This document shows, piece after piece, positions 27,084 through 37,715 of a stretch of DNA of 64,000 nt (position 1 is the stretch's first letter; each line of letters opens with the position of its first letter). Under the pieces are notes generated by a model. That model saw only the letters and a list, made by a program, of their open reading frames with translations, did no database searches and was not told the origin of the DNA. The stretch spans positions 113,112 through 177,111 of the forward strand of contig JAUSJO010000002.1 of assembly GCA_030647205.1 (NCBI GenBank), given 5' to 3'. A program made the position numbers and the translations under genes. This DNA is from a bacterium. GTDB taxonomy: Bacteria > Patescibacteriota > CPR2 > UBA1875 > JAJYID01.

Positions 27084-29354
27084 ATGCCTGGTAAAAAAGA
27101 AAGTAAATCCGGAATGATAGATTTTTTAATGAATCATTCAAAAAAGTTTATGATTACTTTAAGTGTAATTGTAATTTTGACATCTGTGTCAGTTGTTGCT
27201 GCGGTATGGTTTTTGGGTGGAGGTGAAGTTGCTGCAACATATGGCAACAAAAAAGTTTTGAAAAGTGATTATGCCGATTTCAAATCAAAGTGTGAGGGTT
27301 TTTATAACTATAGTTCTGATAGTAAAACAAAAAAGGAATGCTCTAAGAACGAGCTTGAAGATCTCATTTTAAGAAAAGCCCTAGAGACTGAAGCAGAAAA
27401 AAGAGGAATAACTGTCAGTGATGCAGAAATTAACAAAAAATATACTGCTTTGATAGAGCCTTATGGCACTGAACAGAGGTATTTAGAGACAATTAAGAAT
27501 GCGTTTGGTTATACTCCCGAATACGTTAAAAGCAATATTAAACGAGATATACTTAAAGAAAAACTTGCGCCTTATCTCTTGAAGCAGATGAGCGTTTCCG
27601 GTGTGGTTGTCCGATATGACTGGTCTGGAGATAGCGCTTCTCTCGAAAAAGATGCAGTACTTGCTAAAGACAAACTGGAAAAAGAGTTTTATCCATTGCT
27701 CCAAAATGGTTCAAAGCAGAAAGATATTGAAGCTAAAATAAGCGAGGTTGCAAAGAGAGATGGTGATCCATGGAACCTGGATCCGGTTCTTGCCTATATA
27801 TCATTCAATAACCTGAATGAGGCAACTGCACAAGATACTTTTGCCGGCAAAGAAGACTGGGAAAACATATCAAAACTTCAGAAGAACGGTGGCGTAACAA
27901 CAGTATTTAAGTCATCTGCCGGGTATATGGCTACATATAGGCTTGATGGATCCACTACAGGTCAGTATACAAGCTGGGATAGTTACAAACAGGACATTCT
28001 AAAAAAGGCAAAAACATACTCCTTTGATTACAAATATCATAAGTTCGCAGAGTCTGTTTCCAAAAAAGTGAGTGGCGCTTTCACAGAAGTGAAGAAAATG
28101 GCAGGTATAAAAAGCGCGTCAGCTTTTGACTGCAGCACCCAGCATTTTAGTCGTATGAATGGATATATAGTGGATGGTAGTAATACAGCACATGGAATAG
28201 TTGCGAATGTCAGTATTGCCCCCGGAAGTGTGGGGGTATGGCCCAAGTGTAGTAATCCTCAAGAAGGGGGTGCTATTACGGTTAACTCAAACTATGCACA
28301 TTATAATGGTGTGAACTATTATAATGCTGGTCAGCTACAACTTGGTTGGCAAAATGATGGGTCTAGGAAATATTTAAGCTGTTGGGTAAGATGGAATGTA
28401 ACAATTTCCGCCCAAGGGTTCAACTCTATATCCTATACTGAACGTTCCGTTACTGCTAATGGTGCTACGACAAACCTGGATAAACCACTTGGCTATGGTG
28501 GTAAAACAGGTGAAGGATACTCCGGTGACTATCAAGCAGAAAATACAAATAATAATACGTGGATATTTCTCGCACCTAAGCCCGCAAAAGGATGGCACGA
28601 CCCAGTAGATGCTTCCGTTCCTAATAATGACTGGACTGCTTATTATAATACTGCTGACTTAACAGCGCAGGGGTATGATACTAGCAAGTCTAGCCACAGT
28701 TGTGAAGTAACACTTGGTTGGGCGTGTGATCCTGTAAACTGGAACTATCAATCAGGCATTCATCTGTATGAAGGTTCTCAAGCAGCGGTTGATTGGAACA
28801 AGATCATAAGTTCCTCAATATCAGCTAACCTTACTCGTACTTCTGGCTTTGGAGGTGCCTGTGGTGGTGTACTAAACCATGGCTTCGCTGCCAGGATACC
28901 TGAATATATGAAGGATAATACTGACCGTTGGATTTGGGCCTATGCTTTCAGAGAAAATGGATCGCCATACCTGATAGGTAATTCACCACAAAAAATTCAT
29001 TGTCCTGCTCCGGTAACAGACTTTTGTCCTAGCGTAGGTTGTGTCGTCAGCCCAACAAACATTAAAAGCGGGGAGACGGTTAAGGTTACATGGGCGCGTC
29101 CGGCAGGAGTGACAACAATAGATATATTGCAAACATTGTTTAGTAACACTGAGGATACGGTTGGTAAGCCAGGGGAAATGATAACTGGTGCTTCGGGTAC
29201 GCAACGGACGTTTACTCCATCCTCTGATGTAAGCTATGCTCTGCGTCTCAACAATGATGATAATAAGATATGTCCATGTGGTCCAGCTAGAATCAAGGTT
29301 AGCCCTGGTGGTGGTGGTGGAGACAACCCAGTTCCTCCGGGACAAGCGCGTTAG
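27084..29354 (+). CDS. large secreted/membrane-anchored protein, SurA-N/PPIase-like N-terminal region and Trp/Asn/Gly-rich C-terminal region
   Basis: N-terminal TM. Chaperone-like region LEDLILRKALETEAEKRGITVSDAEINKKY. C-terminal half of unknown fold ending GGGGGDNPVPPGQAR. Confidence 0.5.
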   Translation: MPGKKESKSGMIDFLMNHSKKFMITLSVIVILTSVSVVAAVWFLGGGEVAATYGNKKVLKSDYADFKSKCEGFYNYSSDSKTKKECSKNELEDLILRKALETEAEKRGITVSDAEINKKYTALIEPYGTEQRYLETIKNAFGYTPEYVKSNIKRDILKEKLAPYLLKQMSVSGVVVRYDWSGDSASLEKDAVLAKDKLEKEFYPLLQNGSKQKDIEAKISEVAKRDGDPWNLDPVLAYISFNNLNEATAQDTFAGKEDWENISKLQKNGGVTTVFKSSAGYMATYRLDGSTTGQYTSWDSYKQDILKKAKTYSFDYKYHKFAESVSKKVSGAFTEVKKMAGIKSASAFDCSTQHFSRMNGYIVDGSNTAHGIVANVSIAPGSVGVWPKCSNPQEGGAITVNSNYAHYNGVNYYNAGQLQLGWQNDGSRKYLSCWVRWNVTISAQGFNSISYTERSVTANGATTNLDKPLGYGGKTGEGYSGDYQAENTNNNTWIFLAPKPAKGWHDPVDASVPNNDWTAYYNTADLTAQGYDTSKSSHSCEVTLGWACDPVNWNYQSGIHLYEGSQAAVDWNKIISSSISANLTRTSGFGGACGGVLNHGFAARIPEYMKDNTDRWIWAYAFRENGSPYLIGNSPQKIHCPAPVTDFCPSVGCVVSPTNIKSGETVKVTWARPAGVTTIDILQTLFSNTEDTVGKPGEMITGASGTQRTFTPSSDVSYALRLNNDDNKICPCGPARIKVSPGGGGGDNPVPPGQAR

Positions 29355-29448
29355 TTCTCTCAAAGGTCATTATTGTGTTGACACATATTCCTCTAGTGCT
29401 GTTTAATAGTTCTAGACAATAAATGTATTATTTTACCGGAGGGGTTGA

Positions 29449-30489
29449 ATGGTCTTTGGTTTAGATCAACTAAAAGAAAATACAGACTACTTTGGCCTTG
29501 ATATTGGGACCAGTTCTATAAAGATTGCTCAATTAAAAAAATCGTTTGGCAAGTTTGAACTCATTTCTTTCGGTAGTGCTCCCGTTGAAAGTGGAGTTTC
29601 TCAGAGTGATAGTGCGATCGATAAGAAAAAAATTAGCGAGGAAGTGAAGCGACTTGTTCATTCTATGCACTTAGTGACAAAGAATGTAGTTGTTTCTTTA
29701 CCTGGCAGCAGCGTTTTCACTACGGTTATTAAGCTACCTAAAATGCCTATGTCAGAACTAAAAAAAGCGATTAGCTTTCAAGCAGAACAAAATATCCCTT
29801 TGAAGATTACCGATGTAAGGATTGACTGGCAGATTATAGGAGAATCACCAAACAGCGGAGAGGTGTCGGTAATGATTATTGCTGCTCCGATCATAAAAAC
29901 CAAAAAGGTAGCAGATATAGTTGAAGATGCTGGTTTGGATATACAAGCGGTTGAGATTAACGCTTTGGCTGTTTCCAGATCTCTTCAAGCGAATGAGCCC
30001 TTGTATGCTGTTGTTGACATTGGGACGTATACGACGGAGATCACGGTGGTCCAAAGTAATGTCATGACACTTACCAGAAGTATTCCTGTCGGAGGACAAG
30101 TTATGACAAGAGCAATAGCCCAGGATTTGAACATCGAGGAAGCCCAAGCGGAACAGTTCAAGTTAAAGTTTGGTGTTGATAAGGAAAGAATGGAGGGCAA
30201 GATATTTAAGGCCGCTAAACCAATTTTAAAGAACCTTACCGAAGAAATAGAAAGATCTATAAAATACTATTCTGACCAATATAACCAGAATGTTACAATA
30301 ATAAAGCTTACGGGTGGAGGGTCAAAAACAATAGGGATCCAAAGTTTTATTGCCGATCAGCTTGGTATGAACGTTGTATATGGCAATCCATGGGCAATGG
30401 TAGTTCATAAGCCTGACATAACAAATCAGCTAAACCAGAATGCGCCGGAGTTCGCAGTAGCAGTCGGTTTGGCAATGAGGGGGTTATAG
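29449..30489 (+). CDS. pilM: type IV pilus assembly protein PilM
   Basis: Actin-like ATPase fold. GLDIGTSSIKIAQL N-terminus. Confidence 0.85.
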   Translation: MVFGLDQLKENTDYFGLDIGTSSIKIAQLKKSFGKFELISFGSAPVESGVSQSDSAIDKKKISEEVKRLVHSMHLVTKNVVVSLPGSSVFTTVIKLPKMPMSELKKAISFQAEQNIPLKITDVRIDWQIIGESPNSGEVSVMIIAAPIIKTKKVADIVEDAGLDIQAVEINALAVSRSLQANEPLYAVVDIGTYTTEITVVQSNVMTLTRSIPVGGQVMTRAIAQDLNIEEAQAEQFKLKFGVDKERMEGKIFKAAKPILKNLTEEIERSIKYYSDQYNQNVTIIKLTGGGSKTIGIQSFIADQLGMNVVYGNPWAMVVHKPDITNQLNQNAPEFAVAVGLAMRGL

Positions 30490-30490
30490 A

Positions 30491-31063
30491 ATGGGGAAAA
30501 TAAATCTAGTTTCAGATATTCGTCTCGAAAAAATTAAGCTTAAAAGAAGAAAATTTATAGTGACTGTGTCGGCGGTTCTGATATTAGGCGTTATGCTGGT
30601 ATTTGTGTTGGTACTACAGGGATATAAATGGTCTCGAGTTTATGTTTTAGATAGTACCAAGAAAAAAATTGCCGCTACGGACGGAGAACTGGCTGAATAT
30701 AAAGATATAGAAGATATGGTTGTTAATATTGAACATGGTCTTCAAGCTGTTAAAAATATAGAATCAAGTGAGCCGAAATGGTCCAAGTTTTTGCCAGTTT
30801 TGGAGCAGGTAACTCCAAATGATATTAGGTTTACTGAGTTTACACAGACTGGCAACACGTTTACAGCTCAAGCACAAGGTCGATCTGTTCAGTCCATAGC
30901 AAGACTTATCAAGTCTTTGGAAAACTATGAATATAAAGAGAGTATTGATGCAAAAGTTGGTAAAAAGCTTTTCAAAAATGTCAATGTGGATGGGTATGAT
31001 CTTAAAGGGAAAGAGGTAAGCTTTAGTATAAGTTTTGAGATGGAACAGGGGGTTCTATGGTAG
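30491..31063 (+). CDS. pilN: type IV pilus assembly protein PilN
   Basis: Single N-terminal TM. Located after pilM. Size and topology fit PilN. Confidence 0.65.
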   Translation: MGKINLVSDIRLEKIKLKRRKFIVTVSAVLILGVMLVFVLVLQGYKWSRVYVLDSTKKKIAATDGELAEYKDIEDMVVNIEHGLQAVKNIESSEPKWSKFLPVLEQVTPNDIRFTEFTQTGNTFTAQAQGRSVQSIARLIKSLENYEYKESIDAKVGKKLFKNVNVDGYDLKGKEVSFSISFEMEQGVLW

Positions 31064-31647
31064 ACGCAAACAAAAAAATACAGCAGTATTACTGGATTGT
31101 CAGTGTGATAACTGCCGTAATCATCATTGTGATACTAACGGTTGCATTCGTCATTACTCCTACGTTCAAAAGTATAGGCCAAGTAAATACCGAGCTAAAA
31201 GAGAAAAAAGAAACATTATCGGTCAAAGAAAAGAAGCTGTCAAAACTGAAGGAGTTGAAAGTCAAGGAAGATGAGCTAAAGGAACAGTCGAGAATAGTAT
31301 ATAGGGCAATACCTACAAAAAAAGAGGTAGGTGACATTTTCATAGAACTCAATGCACTAGAAACCGATGCAGGCGGTGTATTCTCCGGAAGTAAAGGAGG
31401 GTCCTCATCAGCCTCGTCTGCCAGTAATGCTGAAGGTTCTGTCTCTGAAATAAACACTCTATCGTATAGCAGTGACGTAGCTTTCCCAAGTTATGGGGCG
31501 TTTAAGAAGCTGCTTAGTGACTCTGAGCAAGCACTTAGGTTTGTCCATCTTGAACATTTCGCTATCTCCAGCAGCGAAGGGTCGTTTAAGGTCAGTCTTT
31601 CATACAAGGCTTATTATCGAAACCAAATTAACACAGGAGGTCAATAA
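31057..31647 (+). CDS. pilO: type IV pilus assembly protein PilO-like
   Basis: Single TM followed by a coiled coil. Positional homology. Confidence 0.5.
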   Translation: MVDANKKIQQYYWIVSVITAVIIIVILTVAFVITPTFKSIGQVNTELKEKKETLSVKEKKLSKLKELKVKEDELKEQSRIVYRAIPTKKEVGDIFIELNALETDAGGVFSGSKGGSSSASSASNAEGSVSEINTLSYSSDVAFPSYGAFKKLLSDSEQALRFVHLEHFAISSSEGSFKVSLSYKAYYRNQINTGGQ

Positions 31648-31886
31648 TGAAGAAGAAGGATATTGTAGTTTTGATCATGTGTTCGTTAGTTATTTTTGCA
31701 TCACTATTTATTATCTTTGGAGGTTTATCAAAAAGCGCTCCTAAAACACAACCTCAAGTTAAAGAAAAAATGAACTTTAGTGGTGATATTCAAAAAGAAG
31801 ACATTGATAAGTTACTCAAAAGAAAAGATTATGGTGTGCCGCCGATGGATGGCATCGGCAGGGAAAATCCATTTGCTAGCCTTTAA
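31647..31886 (+). CDS. small membrane protein in pilMNO operon (PilP-like position)
   Basis: 79 aa, N-terminal TM. Start overlaps the upstream stop. Confidence 0.35.
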   Translation: MKKKDIVVLIMCSLVIFASLFIIFGGLSKSAPKTQPQVKEKMNFSGDIQKEDIDKLLKRKDYGVPPMDGIGRENPFASL

Positions 31887-31889
31887 GCC

Positions 31890-33665
31890 ATGCCTGTCAA
31901 AAACGAAAAAAAACTTGAAGAATTTTTAGTCAAGCTAGGCCTTGTAACAAAAAAGCAGCTTGACCTTATTAAAGTCCAGAGTGCAGAGTCCGGCAAATCT
32001 TTGGAACAGATACTAAAAGAAATGCCGAATATCAATAATGAAGAGATTTGTAAGGTCATTGCAGTGGCCTCTGACTTGCCTTATGTTGATATCACAGAAA
32101 AAAACATTGATCATAACATCTTAGATCTCCTGACAAAAAAAATTGCTGAAAAATATAGGATAGTGCCATTCGGGAAAATAGGCGACTTTTTAAATGTGGC
32201 GATGATAAATCCAAATGATATCCAGTCCATAGAGTATATTGAGAAAAAAACCGGTATGAAGTTAAAGCCCTACCTTGTTTCGGATAAGAGTATGGAAAAG
32301 GCTTTGGCCCAGTATGATGACTATTCTTTGGAGGTGGAGAGCGTAATTGGGGATATACAGAAAAAACAGGATCAGCCGGTAAAAGAAGAGGATACTAAAG
32401 ATAACCAAAAAGTTGCGACTATTACTCAAGATGCACCTATCACCAGAGCGTTAAATACCATACTTGAGTATGCCGCTAAGTCTAGGGCCTCTGATATCCA
32501 TATAGAGCCTAGAGACAAAGATGTGAAGGTCCGTTATCGTATAGATGGCATATTATACAATACTATGACTTTGCCGAAGCACATTCATCCGGCACTTGTT
32601 TCCAGGGTCAAGATTTTGTCGAGCTTAAAGATTGATGAGCACAGAGTTCCTCAGGATGGTCGTTTTCAACTTGCCACAGAAGGAAGAGAGATTGATCTGC
32701 GTATATCAATTACCCCTATCGTTTATGGAGAAAAAATTGTAATTAGGCTTCTTGATAAGACAAGCGGTATTATCACTCTTGAAAACTTAGGTATTAAGGG
32801 CAGGGCGTACAAAATTATTGAGGCAGGCATCCAAAAACCCCATGGAATGATTTTGGCGACCGGGCCTACGGGATCCGGTAAGTCAACGTCGCTGTATGCA
32901 GTGCTTACTAAGCTCAACAAACCAAGTGTAAACATCATTACTATAGAAGATCCGGTAGAATATAATGTTGATGGGGTGAACCAAATTCAAGTCAACAATG
33001 CGGTTGGTTTGACCTTTGCTTCAGGGCTTCGTTCGATGCTTCGGCAGGATCCGGATGTGATTATGGTTGGTGAGGTCCGTGACAAGGAAACTGCGGATCT
33101 GGCTGTTCAGTCAGCTTTGACGGGGCATACTGTTCTTACTTCATTACACACAAATTCTGCAGCAAGCGCTCTTCCTCGTCTGACTGATATGGATATAGAA
33201 CCATTTCTGATCGCATCTACTGTAAACACTATTATTGCCCAGAGATTGGTTAGAAGGATTTGTGACAATTGTAAGGAAGAGTATACAGCTACTCCGGCAC
33301 TGAGCAGGGCGATTAAAGAGTCATTGAAAGATATTTTGCCGTCAAAGGACGATGATCAGAAAAAAACCACAGATTTAGGTTTTGAAAATCTTCCTTTTAA
33401 AGAAGAGGAGAAGTTTAAGCTTTATCGCGGAAAAGGTTGTGAGTCATGTAAGAATACGGGCTTTTGGGGAAGAATAGGTGTTTACGAGGTTTTTACCATT
33501 AGCCAGAGAATTGAGGATTTGGTCATAGCTCGCGCTTCTGCCAGTGACATCCAAGCGGAGGCTATATCCGAAGGTATGGTAACGATGCGACAGGACGGAT
33601 TTTTAAAGGCTCTGGCGGGTATTACTACTCTAGAGGAAGTAGTCAGGACAACAACAGAAGATTAA
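31890..33665 (+). CDS. pilB: type IV pilus assembly ATPase PilB (GspE family)
   Basis: N-terminal GSPII_E_N domain, Walker A GPTGSGKST, tetracysteine motif CDNC...CESC. Confidence 0.9.
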   Translation: MPVKNEKKLEEFLVKLGLVTKKQLDLIKVQSAESGKSLEQILKEMPNINNEEICKVIAVASDLPYVDITEKNIDHNILDLLTKKIAEKYRIVPFGKIGDFLNVAMINPNDIQSIEYIEKKTGMKLKPYLVSDKSMEKALAQYDDYSLEVESVIGDIQKKQDQPVKEEDTKDNQKVATITQDAPITRALNTILEYAAKSRASDIHIEPRDKDVKVRYRIDGILYNTMTLPKHIHPALVSRVKILSSLKIDEHRVPQDGRFQLATEGREIDLRISITPIVYGEKIVIRLLDKTSGIITLENLGIKGRAYKIIEAGIQKPHGMILATGPTGSGKSTSLYAVLTKLNKPSVNIITIEDPVEYNVDGVNQIQVNNAVGLTFASGLRSMLRQDPDVIMVGEVRDKETADLAVQSALTGHTVLTSLHTNSAASALPRLTDMDIEPFLIASTVNTIIAQRLVRRICDNCKEEYTATPALSRAIKESLKDILPSKDDDQKKTTDLGFENLPFKEEEKFKLYRGKGCESCKNTGFWGRIGVYEVFTISQRIEDLVIARASASDIQAEAISEGMVTMRQDGFLKALAGITTLEEVVRTTTED

Positions 33666-33782
33666 GATTTTTGATTGAAATTTTGTCTTTGTCTGCTAAA
33701 TATAGAGATTGGCTAAAATAATTCTATTTCTAGGGTTGTAATCATAAACGGATTATCATAGAATTAAGTTATTGGAGGGAAT

Positions 33783-34856
33783 ATGGCTGAAAATACAAAA
33801 TTAAAAATAGAGAGCTTCCTAGAGGAAGTTATCAAGACAGATGCAAGTGATTTGCATTTGACTGTTGGTGTTCCGCCAATGCTTCGGGTTGATGGTGCTC
33901 TAAAACCAATAGAAGATGTCCGCGGGCTGACCGATAAAGATGTCCGAGATCTTACTTACTCTATTCTTGATGATGTCCAAAAAGATATTCTTGAACGAGA
34001 CAAAGAAGTTGATTTTTCATTTACTTATGGTGATCTTGCCAGATTCAGGGCAAATGCTTTTCATCAAAAAGGCAATATTGGCCTCGCTCTCCGTCTTATT
34101 CCTGTTGCGATTAGAAGTTTAACCCAACTTGGTATGCCTAAAATTGTAGATAAATTTACGGAGTTCCCAAGGGGTTTAGTCCTTGTAACGGGCCCAACCG
34201 GTTCAGGGAAATCAACTACACTGGCAGCAATGGTTGATAAAATTAACTCTGAACGTGCCTGTCATATTATTACTGTTGAAGACCCGATAGAGTATACGCA
34301 TTCGCATAAGAAGTCTGTAGTTGATCAACGTGAAGTACACTATGACACTCGTTCATTCGCAGCGGCTTTGAGGAGTGTGCTCAGAGAAGACCCGGATGTA
34401 GTTTTAGTTGGTGAAATGCGTGATCTTGAGACTATAGCGGCCGCGATCACAATTGCTGAGACCGGTCACCTTGTTTTGGCTACGCTTCATACGAATAATG
34501 CGGCTCAGTCTGTAGACAGAATGATTGATGTTTTCCCGCCGCATCAACAGCAGCAGATACGGGTACAGCTATCAAATATACTTCAAGGGATAATTTCTCA
34601 GCGCCTTATACCATCGATCGGTGGCGGACGCGTGGCTGCATCAGAAATATTGGTTGTTACACCAGCTGTTAGAAATATTGTCAGAGAGCAGAAAACCCAT
34701 CAGCTTGAGGCTGTTATCCAAACCGGTTCTTCCGAGGGCATGCAGGCTATGGACAGAACACTGGCAGGCCTCATTAAAACCGGTCGGGTAACACTAGACG
34801 AAGCAAAGGGTTATGCCATAGACGTTAAAGAGCTGGAAAGGCTTCTGCACGGATAG
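33783..34856 (+). CDS. pilT: twitching motility ATPase PilT
   Basis: GPTGSGKSTT, AAQSVDRMIDVFP, ~357 aa. Confidence 0.9.
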   Translation: MAENTKLKIESFLEEVIKTDASDLHLTVGVPPMLRVDGALKPIEDVRGLTDKDVRDLTYSILDDVQKDILERDKEVDFSFTYGDLARFRANAFHQKGNIGLALRLIPVAIRSLTQLGMPKIVDKFTEFPRGLVLVTGPTGSGKSTTLAAMVDKINSERACHIITVEDPIEYTHSHKKSVVDQREVHYDTRSFAAALRSVLREDPDVVLVGEMRDLETIAAAITIAETGHLVLATLHTNNAAQSVDRMIDVFPPHQQQQIRVQLSNILQGIISQRLIPSIGGGRVAASEILVVTPAVRNIVREQKTHQLEAVIQTGSSEGMQAMDRTLAGLIKTGRVTLDEAKGYAIDVKELERLLHG

Positions 34857-34859
34857 TAT

Positions 34860-36068
34860 ATGAAAGAGTATTCATACAAGGCTAGGAATGTACAAGGTGA
34901 TCTTATCCAGGGTAAGGTTGAAGCGGAGAGTAAGCAGGTTGCCTCAAATCTTTTGACTGCAAAGAAGCTTTTCCCGGTCGACATCAAAGAAGAAGCCCAT
35001 ACATCTTTCGGCATACCATTTCTAAAGACGATAAGAACAAAAGATAAGGTATTCTTCACCAGGCAGCTTGCCACAATGATTAACGCCGGGTTGCCTCTTA
35101 CTCAGTCTTTGCAGACGCTTTATAGCCAAACACAGTCGAAGTCGATAAGGAAAATGATTGAGCAGATGTTGCGTGATATAGAGTCAGGCAATGCTTTATC
35201 GGTTGCTTTGACGAGTTTTCCGGATGTTTTTAACAGGACTGACGTCAGTATGATTGCATCAGGTGAGGCAAGCGGAAAGCTTGATGAGGTGCTAGAGTAT
35301 ATGGCTGTGCAGTCGGAAAAGGGGTATAAAGTCGCCAGAAAAATAAGAACCGCTTTTATTTATCCCGCTTTTATTTTGGTTGTAGTTATAGCAGTTGCCT
35401 TGCTTATGTTAGTTTTTGTTCTTCCGCAAATGCAGGAGCTATACAAAAGCTTTGGGAACGCTCAGCTCCCTCTGCCGACAAGGATACTCATATCAGTAAG
35501 CGAAATCCTAAGGAAATATTATTTGCTTGTTATCCTTATTATTATTGCGATAGGAGCAAGCCTTAGGATATACGTCAGGACAGACACAGGAAAATATTTA
35601 TGGCATTCATTGAAACTTCGTTTGCCTTTGATTGGAAATTTTCTGCAGATGTCATACATGGCAATCTTTTCCAGAACTATGAGCAGTCTTGTTTCTTCGG
35701 GTGTACCTATTCTTGATGCGCTTAAGATCACCTCCGAAACCATGCCAAATATTATATATGAAAAAGCCATCATGGAAGTAAGGAGTAAGGTAAAACAAGG
35801 GAAAAATCTCTCGGGATCTATAAAAGAAACAGACCTTTTCCCTATAATGATCTCGCAAATGGTCGGGGTTGGTGAAAACACGGGAGAGATCGACAATATG
35901 CTAAAGAATTTAGCCGAGTATTATAGCGACGAGATTGATAACTGGGTAAAAAGCTTCCAGTCGCTTTTGGAGCCTATAATGATAGTTTTGATGGGGGGTA
36001 TAGTTGGTGGCGTGATTATTTCAATCATTATGCCGATATACAATGTTGGCGTTTTTGTGAAAAGATAG
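34860..36068 (+). CDS. pilC: type IV pilus platform protein PilC (GspF family)
   Basis: Two T2SSF domains, 402 aa, polytopic. Confidence 0.9.
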   Translation: MKEYSYKARNVQGDLIQGKVEAESKQVASNLLTAKKLFPVDIKEEAHTSFGIPFLKTIRTKDKVFFTRQLATMINAGLPLTQSLQTLYSQTQSKSIRKMIEQMLRDIESGNALSVALTSFPDVFNRTDVSMIASGEASGKLDEVLEYMAVQSEKGYKVARKIRTAFIYPAFILVVVIAVALLMLVFVLPQMQELYKSFGNAQLPLPTRILISVSEILRKYYLLVILIIIAIGASLRIYVRTDTGKYLWHSLKLRLPLIGNFLQMSYMAIFSRTMSSLVSSGVPILDALKITSETMPNIIYEKAIMEVRSKVKQGKNLSGSIKETDLFPIMISQMVGVGENTGEIDNMLKNLAEYYSDEIDNWVKSFQSLLEPIMIVLMGGIVGGVIISIIMPIYNVGVFVKR

Positions 36069-36080
36069 AAAGAAAGTATT

Positions 36081-36109
36081 TGACATAACATAAGCGCCTA
36101 GGATAATAT
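36081..36109 (+). promoter_or_regulatory. sigma70-like promoter for the major pilin gene
   Basis: TTGACA, 17 bp spacer, ATAATA. Confidence 0.45.
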
Positions 36110-36177
36110 TAGCTTGTAAATAGAAAATTTGTTTAATCAGAGCCAAATTTACAATTAAATGAGGCGGAGAGGTGAAA

Positions 36178-36591
36178 ATGAAAAAGTTAAATAGACAAGG
36201 TTTTACACTTATTGAGCTAGTTGTCGTTATGGCAATTATCGCTGTTCTTGCAGTACTAGTTGTAGGTGCTATCACAATAGCAAGAAATACAGCTAAAGAA
36301 ACTACACACAGAGCAAATGCAAAGGCTGTTCAAGCAGGGCTTGAGGCTAGATATAGCAGAACGAAAAACTATACAGGCATTTCTAGTGGCAACTTGAGTG
36401 CTATCGCAAGTGATACTTCAGTAAGCGCAGTTTTGCAAATGAGTAATGTTTGTAACAACGCCAGTTACAATGGTGGTGGAGCTGTAACATTCTCGACTGC
36501 TTCCGGATCACCGGCTTACACTATCAATGTAGCTAATGCTGCATGTGATAATACTAACTCCGGTGATAAGATTGACGGTCCTGTGAACTAG
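36178..36591 (+). CDS. pilA: type IV major pilin (prepilin)
   Basis: GGAGAGG RBS. MKKLNRQ-GFTLIELVVVMAIIAVLA class III signal and N-terminal helix. Confidence 0.85.
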   Translation: MKKLNRQGFTLIELVVVMAIIAVLAVLVVGAITIARNTAKETTHRANAKAVQAGLEARYSRTKNYTGISSGNLSAIASDTSVSAVLQMSNVCNNASYNGGGAVTFSTASGSPAYTINVANAACDNTNSGDKIDGPVN

Positions 36592-37715
36592 TTTTCTCGG
36601 GATCTACAAAGTACCGTACCTATAAGCTTATAGTGAATTTTGATAAGTTTACTATGTGTAAAAAGAGAGTTCGCTCTCTTTTTACAGTTTTGGGAGAACC
36701 TATGCTCTAGTTCGCTATCTTCTAATATTTTATTTATTGAATTTGACAAAGAGGTAGGATCTTTTGGGGTTACTACAAACCCGGTTTCATCGTTTTCATT
36801 GATCCAACTCGTGCCTGTGCCTATCTCTGTCGTTACCAGAGGTGTTCCACACGCCATTGCCTCTATCAAAACAATACCAAAGGCCTCACTCTTATATATC
36901 GACGGTAAAACGAAGACTGAGGCTGCTTTGTAGTAGTTATATAGCTCTCTATCTGGCTGATGACCCAAAAAGAAAACTCTTTTCTCCAGTCCGAGTTCAG
37001 CTGTTAGATTTTTTAGTCTCTTTTCTTCTTGTCCGGAGCCGATGATTACTAGGTTAGCAGAAACTTCTTTCATTGCTTCTATTAAGTATTGAACGCCTTT
37101 GTAATAACTGAGACGACCTACAAAAAGAACAAAATCTCCATATTTTTTTCTAATTTCAGCTACCTTTGTGCTGTCAATAGATGATTGTATTTTCTGAATG
37201 TCTGTTCCAAAAGGTATGACCACACATTTTTTCTCAAATTTTTCTAAATATGTTGAGTTTTTGATCATATTTGGATTTGAAACAATGATTTTCTCTGCTT
37301 TTTCCAGTGTGTGTAACGCGAACGGCTTGAGCAAAAGGCCAAATATTTTTTGCTTATATATATCAAAATGATAATGAACAATGATTTTCTGTTTTGGTCT
37401 GAAAAAGAATACTGCCAGATCAGCTAGGGGGAATGGCTGATGAATGGCAAGTAAGTCAAAATCTTTGGTAAGTTTTCTAAATTGGGCAAAGAAAGAAAAA
37501 GAGATGGGCATGCTTTTAAATATACCAAAACTCGAGGCCTTATAAATCTTTATTCCATTTATTTTCTCAGTTGCATTTGGTCCTTTCGGTTGGCAGCACA
37601 AAACTTCGACTCTTGTATGGTTTCTATCATTCAACCCTTCAGTAATATCCTGAACGGCCTTTTCTACGCCTCCGATCCATGGATAGTATAGTTTAGTTAT
37701 TTCTAGTATCTTCAT
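36588..37715 (-). CDS. glycosyltransferase family 4 (GT-B)
   Basis: GT1/GT4 EX7E-type C-terminal domain. Start taken at MKILEITKLYYPW. Confidence 0.75.
   Translation of the reverse strand: MKILEITKLYYPWIGGVEKAVQDITEGLNDRNHTRVEVLCCQPKGPNATEKINGIKIYKASSFGIFKSMPISFSFFAQFRKLTKDFDLLAIHQPFPLADLAVFFFRPKQKIIVHYHFDIYKQKIFGLLLKPFALHTLEKAEKIIVSNPNMIKNSTYLEKFEKKCVVIPFGTDIQKIQSSIDSTKVAEIRKKYGDFVLFVGRLSYYKGVQYLIEAMKEVSANLVIIGSGQEEKRLKNLTAELGLEKRVFFLGHQPDRELYNYYKAASVFVLPSIYKSEAFGIVLIEAMACGTPLVTTEIGTGTSWINENDETGFVVTPKDPTSLSNSINKILEDSELEHRFSQNCKKRANSLFTHSKLIKIHYKLIGTVLCRSREN
36656..36690. terminator. bidirectional terminator between pilA and the convergent glycosyltransferase block
   Basis: AAAAAGAGAG-ttcg-CTCTCTTTTT. 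Confidence 0.6.

Noticed and set aside
36021-36275. Minus-strand ORF MIAPTTSTARTAIIAITTTSSISVKP..., with similar ones at 46211-46468 and the N-terminal 63 aa of 42252-44861
   Set aside because: These are antisense translations of the conserved hydrophobic N-terminal helix of the pilin genes (GFTLIELVVVM...). They recur wherever a pilin is encoded, so they are mirror artefacts rather than genes. The Wzy_C/TPR gene start was moved to 44672 accordingly.
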